Position numbers and translations under genes: made by a program. From an uncultured archaeon (GTDB taxonomy: Archaea; Asgardarchaeota; Thorarchaeia; Thorarchaeales; Thorarchaeaceae), in assembly GCA_964610875.1 (NCBI GenBank), contig CAZSWP010000003.1, positions 88,504 to 152,503 on the forward strand: 64,000 nucleotides of DNA, in the 5' to 3' direction. The notes beneath the pieces were generated by a model. It was not told the origin of the DNA. It did not search any database and was given only the letters and a program-made list of their open reading frames with translations. Below are positions 8,559-18,374 of this stretch, one piece after another; position 1 is the stretch's first letter; each line of letters begins with the position of its first letter.

Positions 8559-10928
8559 CTAGTAGATTTCTCTTGCTATCGCCACTGCTGCTTGACCAAT
8601 AGACACGCCTCCATCTCCCGGAGGAACATCTCTATGGATAAGAGGAGTAAGACCATGATCCTTAATTTTAGAAACAATAGCTCTTGTAATAATTCGGTTC
8701 AATGCGACTCCTCCTGAAAATCCAATGTGTCTGACAGCGTATTGTTTGGCATTCTGTACAGCAATGTCTACAAGAGAAGACCCCAAATACCATTGAGCCG
8801 CATACGCAATATCTTGAACTGGTTCTCCTCCCCTACGCAAATCGATTATGTATTGAATTGCATCGCGGACATCAAGCTGCATTTGCCCATTGTTTTCAGA
8901 GAAAATACTAGGTATCCTAAGTGTTGATTCTCTTGCTATTGCCTCAAGTTTCATTGGGCACTCACCATCATATGTATTAGCATCACATATTCCAAGAACT
9001 AATGCAACAGTATCAAGAAACCTTCCCGCACTGCTGCTTGTCACTGTATTGATTTTGCGTTTCGTGGCCGTCAATAATAATGAAACTTCTTCTTCATTTG
9101 CAATTCTATCTTTTGATATTCGTGGATAAGTAACAGCATTCAAAATTCCATCAGCATTCATATCATCAGCCATGAAACCAATGAACGGTCTAATTGCATA
9201 TTGTGCAGTAAGATTTCCTCCAGGAAAGTCATAGGGTTTTATACCTCCGATGCGGTCGTACTGTTTTGCATCCCCAAGTAATATCTCTCCACCCCAAGCA
9301 TTCCCATCATCTCCATAACCGAAGCCATCAGCTGTAATACAAATAATACGAGTATTAAGTGGTAGTTTGTACTCCACAAGATGCGAAGCTAAATGTGCAT
9401 GATGATGTTGTACTCTGTGAAGATTTGCATCATAAGTTTCTGAGAGATGTTCAGCAAGACTAGTTGTGAGAAACTCGGGATGCAAATCACAAGCCACAGC
9501 ATCCACAGTGTTAAGACCAATTAAAGACATCAGATGATTTAGAGCGTCTTTAAGAAACTCCACATTTTCAATTCTATCAGTATTTCCAATATACTGCGTT
9601 GGATAGACTCTTCCAGATCTTACAAGAGACCCCGTTACCTTTTCTTCTGGACCCACTGCCAATACGCTATGATGCTTTGGTACATCTTTGAGTGTTAATG
9701 GCTCAGGGACATAACCCCTTGCTCTCCTAATGAGCAAAGTTGAATCGTTTATCACTTTGATAACTGAGTCATCTTCTCTTTGATGGATTCTTCTATCATG
9801 CACCAGAAAATAATCGGCTATAGAGTGTAATTCAGAAACCAAGGCATCGGAATCAATATACATAGGGATACCTGTAGGATTCGCACTGGTCATTATCAGA
9901 GCAGGTTCATCCAAGTAATCAAAGAGAAGTAGATGAACAGGTGCGTATGGAAGCATAACTCCAACTGTATCGAGTCCTGGTGCAATGAGATCAACTGTCT
10001 CCTGAGGTATTAGTTGTAATACAGATATTTTCTTCACTGATTTTTTCCTAACCAACACAATTGGTCTGCGCCAGGATTTGATTAGATCTAACTCCATCTC
10101 TGTGATATCGAAATTATTTAGAAGAGTATCTTCATCACGGACCATTATTGCAAAAGGTCTTGCAGACCTTTTCTTACGTTCACGAAGTTCTTCTATGGGT
10201 CTATAATCTCGTGTCCCCGTCACAAGATGAGTACCAGAAATCCCTTGGACTGCCAGAATCTTATTACATGCAATCAGTTCTGAAGCCTTTTTTATCGAGT
10301 TTTTCAATTCCAGAGAGTTTCCACTTTTATCAACTAGTTTGTATTGAGGTCCACAATCTTCGCACGCTGTTGTTTGAGCATGATATCTCCTGTCGAGGGG
10401 ATCTGTATAACCAATATTACAAGTATTACATAACGGAAAATCAACCATTGTAGTATTCGGACGATCATATGGCAGAGTTGTTATGGTTGAATATCTTGGA
10501 CCACATGCTGCACATGAAGTGAAAGGATAACGATACCATCTTGATGCTTCATCAAATAGGTCCCTTTTGCAATCACCACATATAGCTATATCTGGTGGTA
10601 TGATTGGATCAACATCCTCTGTTCTTGTTTCTGAAGATTTTTCAATCAGGAACTCATCAAAATCATTCTGAAACTTTTCCCATTGAACAGAAATTTCGTC
10701 CACTCTTGAGATTGAGGGAGGTTCAGATTTTACCATCTGTATCAGTTTTTCTAGTTGCTTCTTTTCACCCTCAGCCACTATTCGTACACCTGCATCACCT
10801 AGGTTTAAGACATATCCTGTTAAAGAAAGATTTCTAGCTACACGGTATACAAAAGGCCGGAAGCCTACACCTTGTACAATTCCATTCACTCTAATAATGG
10901 CACGTTGCTTCAAAGATCCAAACTCCAT
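8559..10928 (-). CDS. hypF: Hydrogenase maturation carbamoyltransferase HypF
   Basis: GIVQGVGFRPF acylphosphatase domain, two CxxC zinc fingers, VQHHHAH, PPGDGGVSIGQ. Confidence 0.97.
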   Translation of the reverse strand: MEFGSLKQRAIIRVNGIVQGVGFRPFVYRVARNLSLTGYVLNLGDAGVRIVAEGEKKQLEKLIQMVKSEPPSISRVDEISVQWEKFQNDFDEFLIEKSSETRTEDVDPIIPPDIAICGDCKRDLFDEASRWYRYPFTSCAACGPRYSTITTLPYDRPNTTMVDFPLCNTCNIGYTDPLDRRYHAQTTACEDCGPQYKLVDKSGNSLELKNSIKKASELIACNKILAVQGISGTHLVTGTRDYRPIEELRERKKRSARPFAIMVRDEDTLLNNFDITEMELDLIKSWRRPIVLVRKKSVKKISVLQLIPQETVDLIAPGLDTVGVMLPYAPVHLLLFDYLDEPALIMTSANPTGIPMYIDSDALVSELHSIADYFLVHDRRIHQREDDSVIKVINDSTLLIRRARGYVPEPLTLKDVPKHHSVLAVGPEEKVTGSLVRSGRVYPTQYIGNTDRIENVEFLKDALNHLMSLIGLNTVDAVACDLHPEFLTTSLAEHLSETYDANLHRVQHHHAHLASHLVEYKLPLNTRIICITADGFGYGDDGNAWGGEILLGDAKQYDRIGGIKPYDFPGGNLTAQYAIRPFIGFMADDMNADGILNAVTYPRISKDRIANEEEVSLLLTATKRKINTVTSSSAGRFLDTVALVLGICDANTYDGECPMKLEAIARESTLRIPSIFSENNGQMQLDVRDAIQYIIDLRRGGEPVQDIAYAAQWYLGSSLVDIAVQNAKQYAVRHIGFSGGVALNRIITRAIVSKIKDHGLTPLIHRDVPPGDGGVSIGQAAVAIAREIY

Positions 10929-11073
10929 TCTTCTTTGAAAAATAATTATGATATTAAGTCAATGAAGTGGCAAAGGAATCTACTTTTGTCATTACATTAC
11001 AAGTATAACATGTATTACAATCAATTTTGTAGGTCCTCTTAAGTATGAATACAGAATATACTATTGATTTTAG

Positions 11074-11487
11074 ATGCCAGCTCCGTCAAAAACATCACAT
11101 CGTATCATTGGGGAACCCAAGACCACGCCTTCTATATTAGCCAATATCCCAGATTGTCTACATTCAGTTCTTATTGAATCTGCAAATGCTGCTAGTCGTA
11201 AGAAAAAGTCTATTCTCATATCAAGTAATAGTCTTGCGAATAGATTCATTCTAGATAGATGGGGGATAAGACCTTCACAACGCAGACGCTTCAAGAATCT
11301 ATTCGCATCTGTTAGAAAACAATGTCGTAATATGTTTCAACATTATCTGGCACGAGGTCGAATAGAATGGACTTCGGGATCCGATAATCACAAGTTTGGT
11401 GTCTATAAATTTGATGAGATACGAGGTAACTTGATTCTAGGATTTGTTGAAGTTACTCCTGAAAAGGACTGGACATTGAAATTCTAA
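11074..11487 (+). CDS. Basic hypothetical protein
   Basis: 137-aa Arg/Lys-rich ORF with clean ATG, flanked by GTAWTAC boxes; no recognised family. Confidence 0.6.
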   Translation: MPAPSKTSHRIIGEPKTTPSILANIPDCLHSVLIESANAASRKKKSILISSNSLANRFILDRWGIRPSQRRRFKNLFASVRKQCRNMFQHYLARGRIEWTSGSDNHKFGVYKFDEIRGNLILGFVEVTPEKDWTLKF

Positions 11488-11488
11488 C

Positions 11489-11518
11489 AATATATGTAAT
11501 ACAGGTATTACATATATT
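11489..11518. repeat. Perfect 14-bp inverted repeat built from two GTAWTAC boxes
   Basis: AATATATGTAATAC-AG-GTATTACATATATT. Confidence 0.9.
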
Positions 11519-11636
11519 CAAACTATATCCTTATTTGTAAAATATTGAGTGTATACAAACATGTATCCGTGTAGAAACTTTTGTAAAATGTTTCTAAAAC
11601 ACCTCTCAAAACAAATTAAAATAAATTTAGAGGCTT

Positions 11637-12212
11637 ATGAGGACTCTTAAGATGAGTGATGAAAAAACAAATGAAATAAACGTGGAAGAAGCGAAAAGAC
11701 TAGCAAAAGGGACTAAACAAGTAATGAGAGAACCCATTCTTCGTATACTATTGGAAAGGTCTCTCATTACCGAAGCACAACTAGAAACCTTACTAATTGA
11801 TCTTGTAGTTGAAGATGCAATAAGACAACAAATACCGTATGAAGAGAAAGCAAGCTTACGATCTAAGAAATCGAGTAGAACGAAAGGGGTATCCAGAGGT
11901 GCATTCAACAGGACACTAAAACAAGCAAGGCGTAATGTTACAAGATGTCTTTACACAATGTTACTCTTAGCATATTTAGGACTATTTGATTTTGCAGTAT
12001 TTCGTCCATTTGAAGAAGTAGCAGCAAAAATTGGGAACTACAGAAAAATCAGGGATGTATTATCTGGCAGGTCAAATCTAACTGATGAAGAATTGGAAAG
12101 CTATCATGCTTCAGAGAGAGCAATTACAGAAGCACTTGAAAATATGGCTACGTCTTTGATATTGAAGTCAGAAATTTCACGTAGACGTGGTACCACAGAA
12201 AATGAAGAATAG
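11637..12212 (+). CDS. Conserved archaeal hypothetical protein with HTH (Tfx-like) region
   Basis: LITEAQLETLLID...YEEKA...GVSRGAFNRTLKQARRNV...YTMLLLAYLG: HTH-like recognition helix. Confidence 0.65.
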   Translation: MRTLKMSDEKTNEINVEEAKRLAKGTKQVMREPILRILLERSLITEAQLETLLIDLVVEDAIRQQIPYEEKASLRSKKSSRTKGVSRGAFNRTLKQARRNVTRCLYTMLLLAYLGLFDFAVFRPFEEVAAKIGNYRKIRDVLSGRSNLTDEELESYHASERAITEALENMATSLILKSEISRRRGTTENEE

Positions 12213-12626
12213 AGTATTATTTGTATTACATTTTATGTAATCTATGTCAAGCGATGAAAATAGGTAAAAATAAAATTGGCACGAATGTGTCGATTCACAC
12301 GTAGACCCAATGCGTTGAGGAATCCACAGGAACTCGTATCATTAGCATTACCATCATCTGAGGTATTTGCGAGGAGATAGAGATGGTAACAACCAATCTC
12401 CGAGTTAGCCTGCAGATCATTTTCCACAAGCATTGAGTGTTCATCGTAAATACGACACACTCACTATATAGTAAGTTCAAACTTCTACATAGTTCTAATC
12501 CTAGAACGAGGTGTTACTCAAATAATCTCAATAACATTAAAAGATAATATCGATTCTCTATACTATTATAAGTAATAATCGTATTACAATAGCCATCTAC
12601 AAAATGCGCAATCTACTTTATATAAA

Positions 12627-13883
12627 ATGCATTACAAAATGGTGATCACTTTGAGAGATAATGACCCCCTGGATAAACTAAGACGATCTGCAAAAAGATA
12701 CATTGAGAAAAAAAGTGAGAAGGAACTATTGGAACTAATTGTAAATTGTATTGGTGAGCGCCGTTCAAATGATTTACTTGATATTCTTGCGTCTGAAGAA
12801 TCAAAAAGGGGCTGGCAAAAAGTTGTGTTTGATATAAAACACATACTTGGAATGAGATATTCTATACCTCTAGGATTCACAAAAAATAAACTTGAAATTG
12901 AAGAGCTGAAGTTTAGAGAAGTTATCTTCGACACACTAGGATGCCGAGGTCTTGAAGCAATTCCTTTGAGTATAGATTTGATACTTGAGAAACTAAATAC
13001 ATGTGAGAATATGACTGAGGCACAGAATACTCTAGCAGTGCTATGTGAGGAAGGGTTGAATGAATTAATCAGCAAGGGGGCACTACTTTTCTTTGACTCA
13101 TCAGAATTTGCTGCTACTATTAAATCAGAATTACTGAGTCAAATTGAAAGTCGCCAGGAACAAAATATCTCACAACTTTATTTATCACGAGATGATCAAT
13201 ACATAGATATCACCGCTCTTTGGCACACAGAATTAGGCAGAAGAGCACTTCTCAATATTGGAATAAAAGGAACTAAAATCACGGAAACTCAAATGGACCT
13301 TGTAATATCTGTATTACAAGTATCACGAGAAACGAAAAAATATCTGATGGAATCCTTATCTGAGAACAAACAAGCGATTGAAACCAAATCTCTCAACCCA
13401 TTGTATAACGAACTACTACAGTACATGATTGAATGGAACATTTCTGGTCTTCGCTCTCTTGGAAGTAGATTTGCAATACCATTATTCAGACATATCACAA
13501 TCTTTTCTTTTGAAAAATACTCAACTACTGAAGATAGTAAAACATACAATGAATATCTCGAAAGTCTGAAAAATCATGTACTTGTTAGAACATCTGAATC
13601 ACTAGAAATACTTGAATATCTCTCTCAGAAATCAGACCCAAGAATTGCAAGCCCTGCAATCACATATCTTGGAAACTTTTACACAGCAACAGTATCATCA
13701 ATATTGGTAGATCTCGTCTGTTCAAGTAAGAAAAAAGTAATTCAACATACCGCTGTTACAGCATTGAAAAACGTCCAAACAAGATGCCCAGAAACTAAGA
13801 ATATAGTTGAGCTTGCTCTTAAAGCAGATTGCCAGAATAGAGGAAGACTATTGAAGTTTTATAGAGATTTGTGGCAAAAGTGA
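12627..13883 (+). CDS. Hypothetical alpha-helical protein with C-terminal HEAT-like repeats
   Basis: 418-aa ORF; LEILEYL..KSDPRIASPAITYLG and VIQHTAVTALK HEAT-type segments. Confidence 0.6.
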   Translation: MHYKMVITLRDNDPLDKLRRSAKRYIEKKSEKELLELIVNCIGERRSNDLLDILASEESKRGWQKVVFDIKHILGMRYSIPLGFTKNKLEIEELKFREVIFDTLGCRGLEAIPLSIDLILEKLNTCENMTEAQNTLAVLCEEGLNELISKGALLFFDSSEFAATIKSELLSQIESRQEQNISQLYLSRDDQYIDITALWHTELGRRALLNIGIKGTKITETQMDLVISVLQVSRETKKYLMESLSENKQAIETKSLNPLYNELLQYMIEWNISGLRSLGSRFAIPLFRHITIFSFEKYSTTEDSKTYNEYLESLKNHVLVRTSESLEILEYLSQKSDPRIASPAITYLGNFYTATVSSILVDLVCSSKKKVIQHTAVTALKNVQTRCPETKNIVELALKADCQNRGRLLKFYRDLWQK

Positions 13884-13965
13884 CCGTATTACAAGTATTA
13901 AAAACAATACAAATCTAACTGCCATCTCGACAGACATAAAACCCACTTGTATCTAGCTCATTATC

Positions 13966-15360
13966 ATGATGGTAAGAAATGAGATTGTGGAGGAACTAGA
14001 CTCATTTTTCAATCCGAAAAGAGTTGCACTAGTAGGAGCCTCTGCTGACTATAGAAAACTGGGTAATTCAATATTGATGAATTTACTTGCATCAGAAATT
14101 GAAATTTATCCTATTACTATCAGTCGTGACCGTGTTTTAGGCGTCAATGCATATCCAAATCTCCATGATTTACCACAGCCTGTTGATCTTGTTATCATTG
14201 CTGTGGCAGCAAAATATTGTACTGGACTCATGTCAGAAGTCCGAAAAGCTGGAGCAAGAAATGCTATAGTAATATCTGGTGGATTTAGTGAAACTGGGGA
14301 GGAGGGGAAGAAACTTGAGAAACAACTTGTAGATGCTGCTAAGGCTGAGGGTGTCAGGATAATTGGTCCTAATTGTGTAGGAGTTTCAAATAGTAGATTG
14401 TTCAATGGCACATTTACTATGATGCCCGAGAGAGGAAATATTGCTCTTCTCTCTCAAAGTGGTGCATTAGGTGGAATGACCATATACACTACAAGAACAA
14501 AACGAATTGGGATGAGCAAATTTGTTAGCCTTGGGAATGCAGCTGATGTCAGTTTCACTGAAGTCCTTGAGTATTTCAGATATGACCAGAGAACGAACGT
14601 GATTGCAGTCTATGTTGAAGGTGTAGATGAGGGTCGTGATTTTTATGAAGCATTAAAGAGAGCCTCGAGCGAAAAACCTGTTGTAGTTCTCAAGGGGGGA
14701 AGAAGTGAGGCTGGGGCAAAAGCAACCATGAGTCATACAGGGTCTCTTGCAGGTTCTATCAAAGTCTTTGATGGAATGATACGCCAAGCAGGTTGCGTGA
14801 CTGCTCCTACATTTGATTCATTCTTTGAAGTTTGTAAATTATTTGATTATCAACCTTTACCGAAAGGTCGTAATATTGGTATTATTAGTAATACAGGGGG
14901 AGCTGGTGTTCTCGCTACTGATAAAGCGACCGACATGAACCTTGAAGTACCAGTTTTAAATCCTGAAACACGAAATGAATTAAGACAAGCCCTCTCTCCT
15001 ATGGCATCAATTGAAAACCCAATCGATGTTGTTGCTAGTGGTGGAAGAAGGGAATACCGTATTGCTACAGAGTTATTGTTGAAAGATTCCAATGTTGATA
15101 TGTTGTTAGTCATATGTGGCGTTCCAACCTTTGCAGGGATGACCCAAACTGAACATGCTGCTGGTACACTTGAAGGGGTACGGATGGCTGAAACTAGTAA
15201 ACCAGTAGTGGGTGTTTGGCTCGCTGGCAATGTTGGAAAACCTGGAAAAGATCTTCTGGAGATGAATCGCATTCCTTGTTATGATGATCCAGCATTAGGT
15301 ATTCTCTGCATGACTAAGATGGCTGAATATGCTGAAATGCACAGTCATATGAACTTGTAG
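13966..15360 (+). CDS. acdA: ADP-forming acyl-CoA synthetase alpha subunit
   Basis: FFNPKRVALVGAS, GPNCVG, SQSGALG, SHTGSLAGS phospho-His motif, NPIDV. Confidence 0.92.
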   Translation: MMVRNEIVEELDSFFNPKRVALVGASADYRKLGNSILMNLLASEIEIYPITISRDRVLGVNAYPNLHDLPQPVDLVIIAVAAKYCTGLMSEVRKAGARNAIVISGGFSETGEEGKKLEKQLVDAAKAEGVRIIGPNCVGVSNSRLFNGTFTMMPERGNIALLSQSGALGGMTIYTTRTKRIGMSKFVSLGNAADVSFTEVLEYFRYDQRTNVIAVYVEGVDEGRDFYEALKRASSEKPVVVLKGGRSEAGAKATMSHTGSLAGSIKVFDGMIRQAGCVTAPTFDSFFEVCKLFDYQPLPKGRNIGIISNTGGAGVLATDKATDMNLEVPVLNPETRNELRQALSPMASIENPIDVVASGGRREYRIATELLLKDSNVDMLLVICGVPTFAGMTQTEHAAGTLEGVRMAETSKPVVGVWLAGNVGKPGKDLLEMNRIPCYDDPALGILCMTKMAEYAEMHSHMNL

Positions 15361-15385
15361 TAATTGTATTATTTGTAATACACCA

Positions 15386-15691
15386 TTATTCAAGATACTT
15401 GTTTGCAAGTTCCGGAAACTCGTCTGTAACTGCATCCCTAAGCTTGCGCTCGACCCACATACTTAGATTGATTGCACGCTCATTTCTTACAGACTGAAGA
15501 CAAGACCTAAGTTCAGTTGTAACACTGAATGACATTATTGGACTTCGTCTCTCACTGTTAGGAACAGCTGAGGGAGTTTCAGTCCTTCTAACCCGGGTCT
15601 GGCTGGTAGATTCAGTTGTTGATGTTGTTTCGTCTTTGTCTTTTTCATCTCTACCTTGTTCATCTTTCCGGTACTTTCCTAAGAGACTCAT
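15386..15691 (-). CDS. Small ribbon-helix-helix DNA-binding protein with disordered N-terminal tail (ParG/omega/SegB-like architecture)
   Basis: C-terminal IMSFSV (strand) - TELRSCLQSVRNE (helix A) - NLSMWVERKLRDAV (helix B); charged Ser/Thr-rich linker; start overlaps the ATPase stop (TAATG). Confidence 0.7.
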   Translation of the reverse strand: MSLLGKYRKDEQGRDEKDKDETTSTTESTSQTRVRRTETPSAVPNSERRSPIMSFSVTTELRSCLQSVRNERAINLSMWVERKLRDAVTDEFPELANKYLE

Positions 15692-16683
15692 TATCTGACC
15701 TCCCTAAGTAACGTCGCATATGCATCGGAAACTAGTGATGCTATCTCTTCATTAACCTCAGGATTTCCATTGCTCCTGAAGTTTTCAGCAGCTACTTGTT
15801 GACAACCACGAGCTAACATTCTGATATCGCGAGGATTGCCTTTTGCAGCTGAATTGATTATATCAATCGCCTTCTCATGGAATGGATAAAGATCAAAATC
15901 ATTTAGATCGAATGTGTCAATCTCACCACGTGCATATGCCAACCGTCGTCCTATGAACTCCTTTGCCTTCATAGCATCAAATGCAGGCACATCAAGGGGT
16001 TCAGTTCTATCAGCAATCTGTGGAAGATATGATAGCATAGCATTCCAATACATTGCAGTACCACTCATCACAAGAGTCACAATTGGTTCATCTAATGACT
16101 GTCCATGGCCTGCAATCATCTCTTCTGTAGGTAAATCTGCCAAGTAGCGTAATTTATGAAATGCTGCTTCCTGATTATCCGCAACATCTTCTATGAATAG
16201 TGCAGTACGACTTTGTTCTTCCATATATCTCCGAAGACATTCTTGAGCCACTGCTTCGATAATCTGACTAGACTCCCAAGACCTCCGATATTTTACTCGT
16301 AATGAATCGGCAATAGCTGCCGACATTTGCTTCTCGTATAACCCAGTCATTCCAACATAACCAGTGACGAATTTGTTACCACGTCGATCTGCCAGTGTTG
16401 GCAGGTCTCTCAGGGCAAGTAACATCAATGTACTTTTTCCAGAACCAACAGGTCCACGAAGGAATACATGTCGCTCGTTTGTTATTATCAAATCTACAAT
16501 AGAGTCAAGAAAGTCTGCATGCTCTATATAGAGCCGACTATCTGGCATCTTGAAACCACGAAATGGTGAGAATTTGGCCCTGATTTTATCCTCCCAAGCT
16601 TTTAGGGTTTCTTTTCGTGTATTGAAGTGACGTATTAGAGCACTCTCATGAATTGCAATTGTCATGGCTCGGCCTCGTATCAC
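15691..16683 (-). CDS. AAA+ ATPase of the ExeA/TnsC/Cdc6-like (AAA_22) clade
   Basis: Walker A GPVGSGKS, Walker B-like LFIEDV, sensor I VMSGT, arginine finger IADR, sensor II GNPRDIR; likely start ATG at 16665. Confidence 0.8.
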   Translation of the reverse strand: MIRGRAMTIAIHESALIRHFNTRKETLKAWEDKIRAKFSPFRGFKMPDSRLYIEHADFLDSIVDLIITNERHVFLRGPVGSGKSTLMLLALRDLPTLADRRGNKFVTGYVGMTGLYEKQMSAAIADSLRVKYRRSWESSQIIEAVAQECLRRYMEEQSRTALFIEDVADNQEAAFHKLRYLADLPTEEMIAGHGQSLDEPIVTLVMSGTAMYWNAMLSYLPQIADRTEPLDVPAFDAMKAKEFIGRRLAYARGEIDTFDLNDFDLYPFHEKAIDIINSAAKGNPRDIRMLARGCQQVAAENFRSNGNPEVNEEIASLVSDAYATLLREVR

Positions 16684-16898
16684 ATGTAGTTATTGTAATA
16701 CAATTTCAATACACTGCCCATTCATAAAGGTTCCGTGCGTTCAAAATACTTTATTCAAACAGCGCCAATAAAAAGCAATGTTTCAATAACATGGTATTAA
16801 CTGTAATACATTCCAATCACGAAAATCCGAACATGGCACAACCTTTTTCAACCAATTGCTTTCGTGATTCAGTAGTTGACGCAAGGAGTCACAAGAAA

Positions 16899-17177
16899 AT
16901 GGACGTTGACAGGACTCAGCGAATTCTGACATCATTAATGATCATCAGTTTTCTAGTATTCGGCCTTTTAGCTGGAATCATTTTGATCACTGATGCACCA
17001 TTGGACGCATCCACTACCTCACTGCCTTTTGCTTTTCTATTCATATCAGGAATGACACTGATAATTACCGGACAAATAAATGAGCGTCCAAAACGGGTAG
17101 ATAGATACCTACGACAATGGTTGGTCATCTGTGTTTTTGTTGCCGTTCTTAGTGCTCTTGCATTTACACTTGCATAG
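16899..17177 (+). CDS. Small membrane protein (about 3 TM helices)
   Basis: ATG at 16899 after AGGAG; three hydrophobic segments. Confidence 0.6.
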   Translation: MDVDRTQRILTSLMIISFLVFGLLAGIILITDAPLDASTTSLPFAFLFISGMTLIITGQINERPKRVDRYLRQWLVICVFVAVLSALAFTLA

Positions 17178-17260
17178 AAACACCTATCGCAATAGTTTTA
17201 GGAATGCGAAAATGCAGTGGATTTATTGAGTAATGACTCAATATACTGAGCCATGAAAAA

Positions 17261-17899
17261 GTGATTATTATGAGCAAGGTTCTGCCAGGAACAAAGACTA
17301 CTCGAAGCGAACTACTTCGAATAAAGACAAGAATGCGTCTTGCAGAACGTGGTCATGATTTATTAAAAGAAAAACGTGACTCCCTTGTTTTAGAGTTTTT
17401 TAATGCTATTGCTGAAATAAAAGAAGCACGTGACAAGATGGAAAAAGCTCTCGATGAAGCTTTTTCAAGTCTTACACAAGCAAAGATGATTATGGGTCCT
17501 GCTCGAGTAATTGAATTCGCTCATGCGAGTAAAGTACGAACTGACCTATCGATTACCACTCGTTCAATGATGGGTGTCCGTGTTCCGGTAATCTCTGTTG
17601 AACAACAAGTACCTGAACTTCCTTATTCTCTCCCTGACTCAAGTGCAAGGCTTGATACAATGAGTCTGAAATTTAGAGAGGCTCTAAAGGCAATAATACA
17701 CCTTGCCGAAATTGAATCTGCAATCAAGCGCCTCGCTCTTGAAATAGAAAGGACAAAACGCAGAGTTTCTGCTCTCGAAACTGTGGTAATACCACGACTA
17801 GATGCAACCCAGAGATTTGTGAAACTGGCACTCGAAGAACGCGAGCGAGAAGACTTCATTCGTCTGAAGATCATCCGTGATCGGATGGAAAACGAATAA
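17261..17899 (+). CDS. atpD: A/V-type ATP synthase subunit D
   Basis: TRSELL..K.R..LAERGHDLLKEKRD; EIERTKRRVSALE..VIP; LEEREREDF.RLK. Confidence 0.93.
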   Translation: MIIMSKVLPGTKTTRSELLRIKTRMRLAERGHDLLKEKRDSLVLEFFNAIAEIKEARDKMEKALDEAFSSLTQAKMIMGPARVIEFAHASKVRTDLSITTRSMMGVRVPVISVEQQVPELPYSLPDSSARLDTMSLKFREALKAIIHLAEIESAIKRLALEIERTKRRVSALETVVIPRLDATQRFVKLALEEREREDFIRLKIIRDRMENE

Positions 17900-17903
17900 T
17901 ACA

Positions 17904-18281
17904 CTAGGTTTTTCTAAGTTTTAAAATAGCTGCAGCCAAATCTCCACCCGTTTCCTTCAAAGTTTCAATTGCAGTTTCAATATCCACACCTGTCTGGCCT
18001 GCCACTAATGCTGCATCTTCAACTGGAATCTCAATCTCAGATTCTGCTACTTCTGTGACTTCACCACCAGATGTGAGTCCACGTTCTATCTTATTTCCTG
18101 ATACTTGATATGATTCATTCCCTGCTTGCTTAATGACCATCACTTGCGCATTAGCAATCTGCCATTCTTTATCTTCAAAACGAATAATGACCTCTTTAAC
18201 TCCTTTTAGCTCATTTTGTTCAATACCCATTTTTTTCATCATTCGTGCCATCTGTTTAGGTGATAGTCCTCGAAATCCCAT
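17904..18281 (-). CDS. nac: Nascent polypeptide-associated complex protein
   Basis: PKQMARMMKKMGI NAC domain; C-terminal UBA-like GDLAAAILKL. Confidence 0.92.
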   Translation of the reverse strand: MGFRGLSPKQMARMMKKMGIEQNELKGVKEVIIRFEDKEWQIANAQVMVIKQAGNESYQVSGNKIERGLTSGGEVTEVAESEIEIPVEDAALVAGQTGVDIETAIETLKETGGDLAAAILKLRKT

Positions 18282-18374
18282 TATTCATTCCTCAGAAATC
18301 TGTAATTTTGATATCAATTACTTTCCTCTTTAGTGAAATAATTATGGCCACTGATAAAACGGTTGTGCTCTAGT

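Noticed and set aside
15691-16683. Calling the AAA+ ATPase Cdc6/Orc1 or ParA/SegA
   Set aside because: It lacks the C-terminal winged-helix domain of Cdc6/Orc1 and the deviant Walker A (KGGxGK) of ParA; the motifs fit the ExeA/TnsC-like clade only generally.
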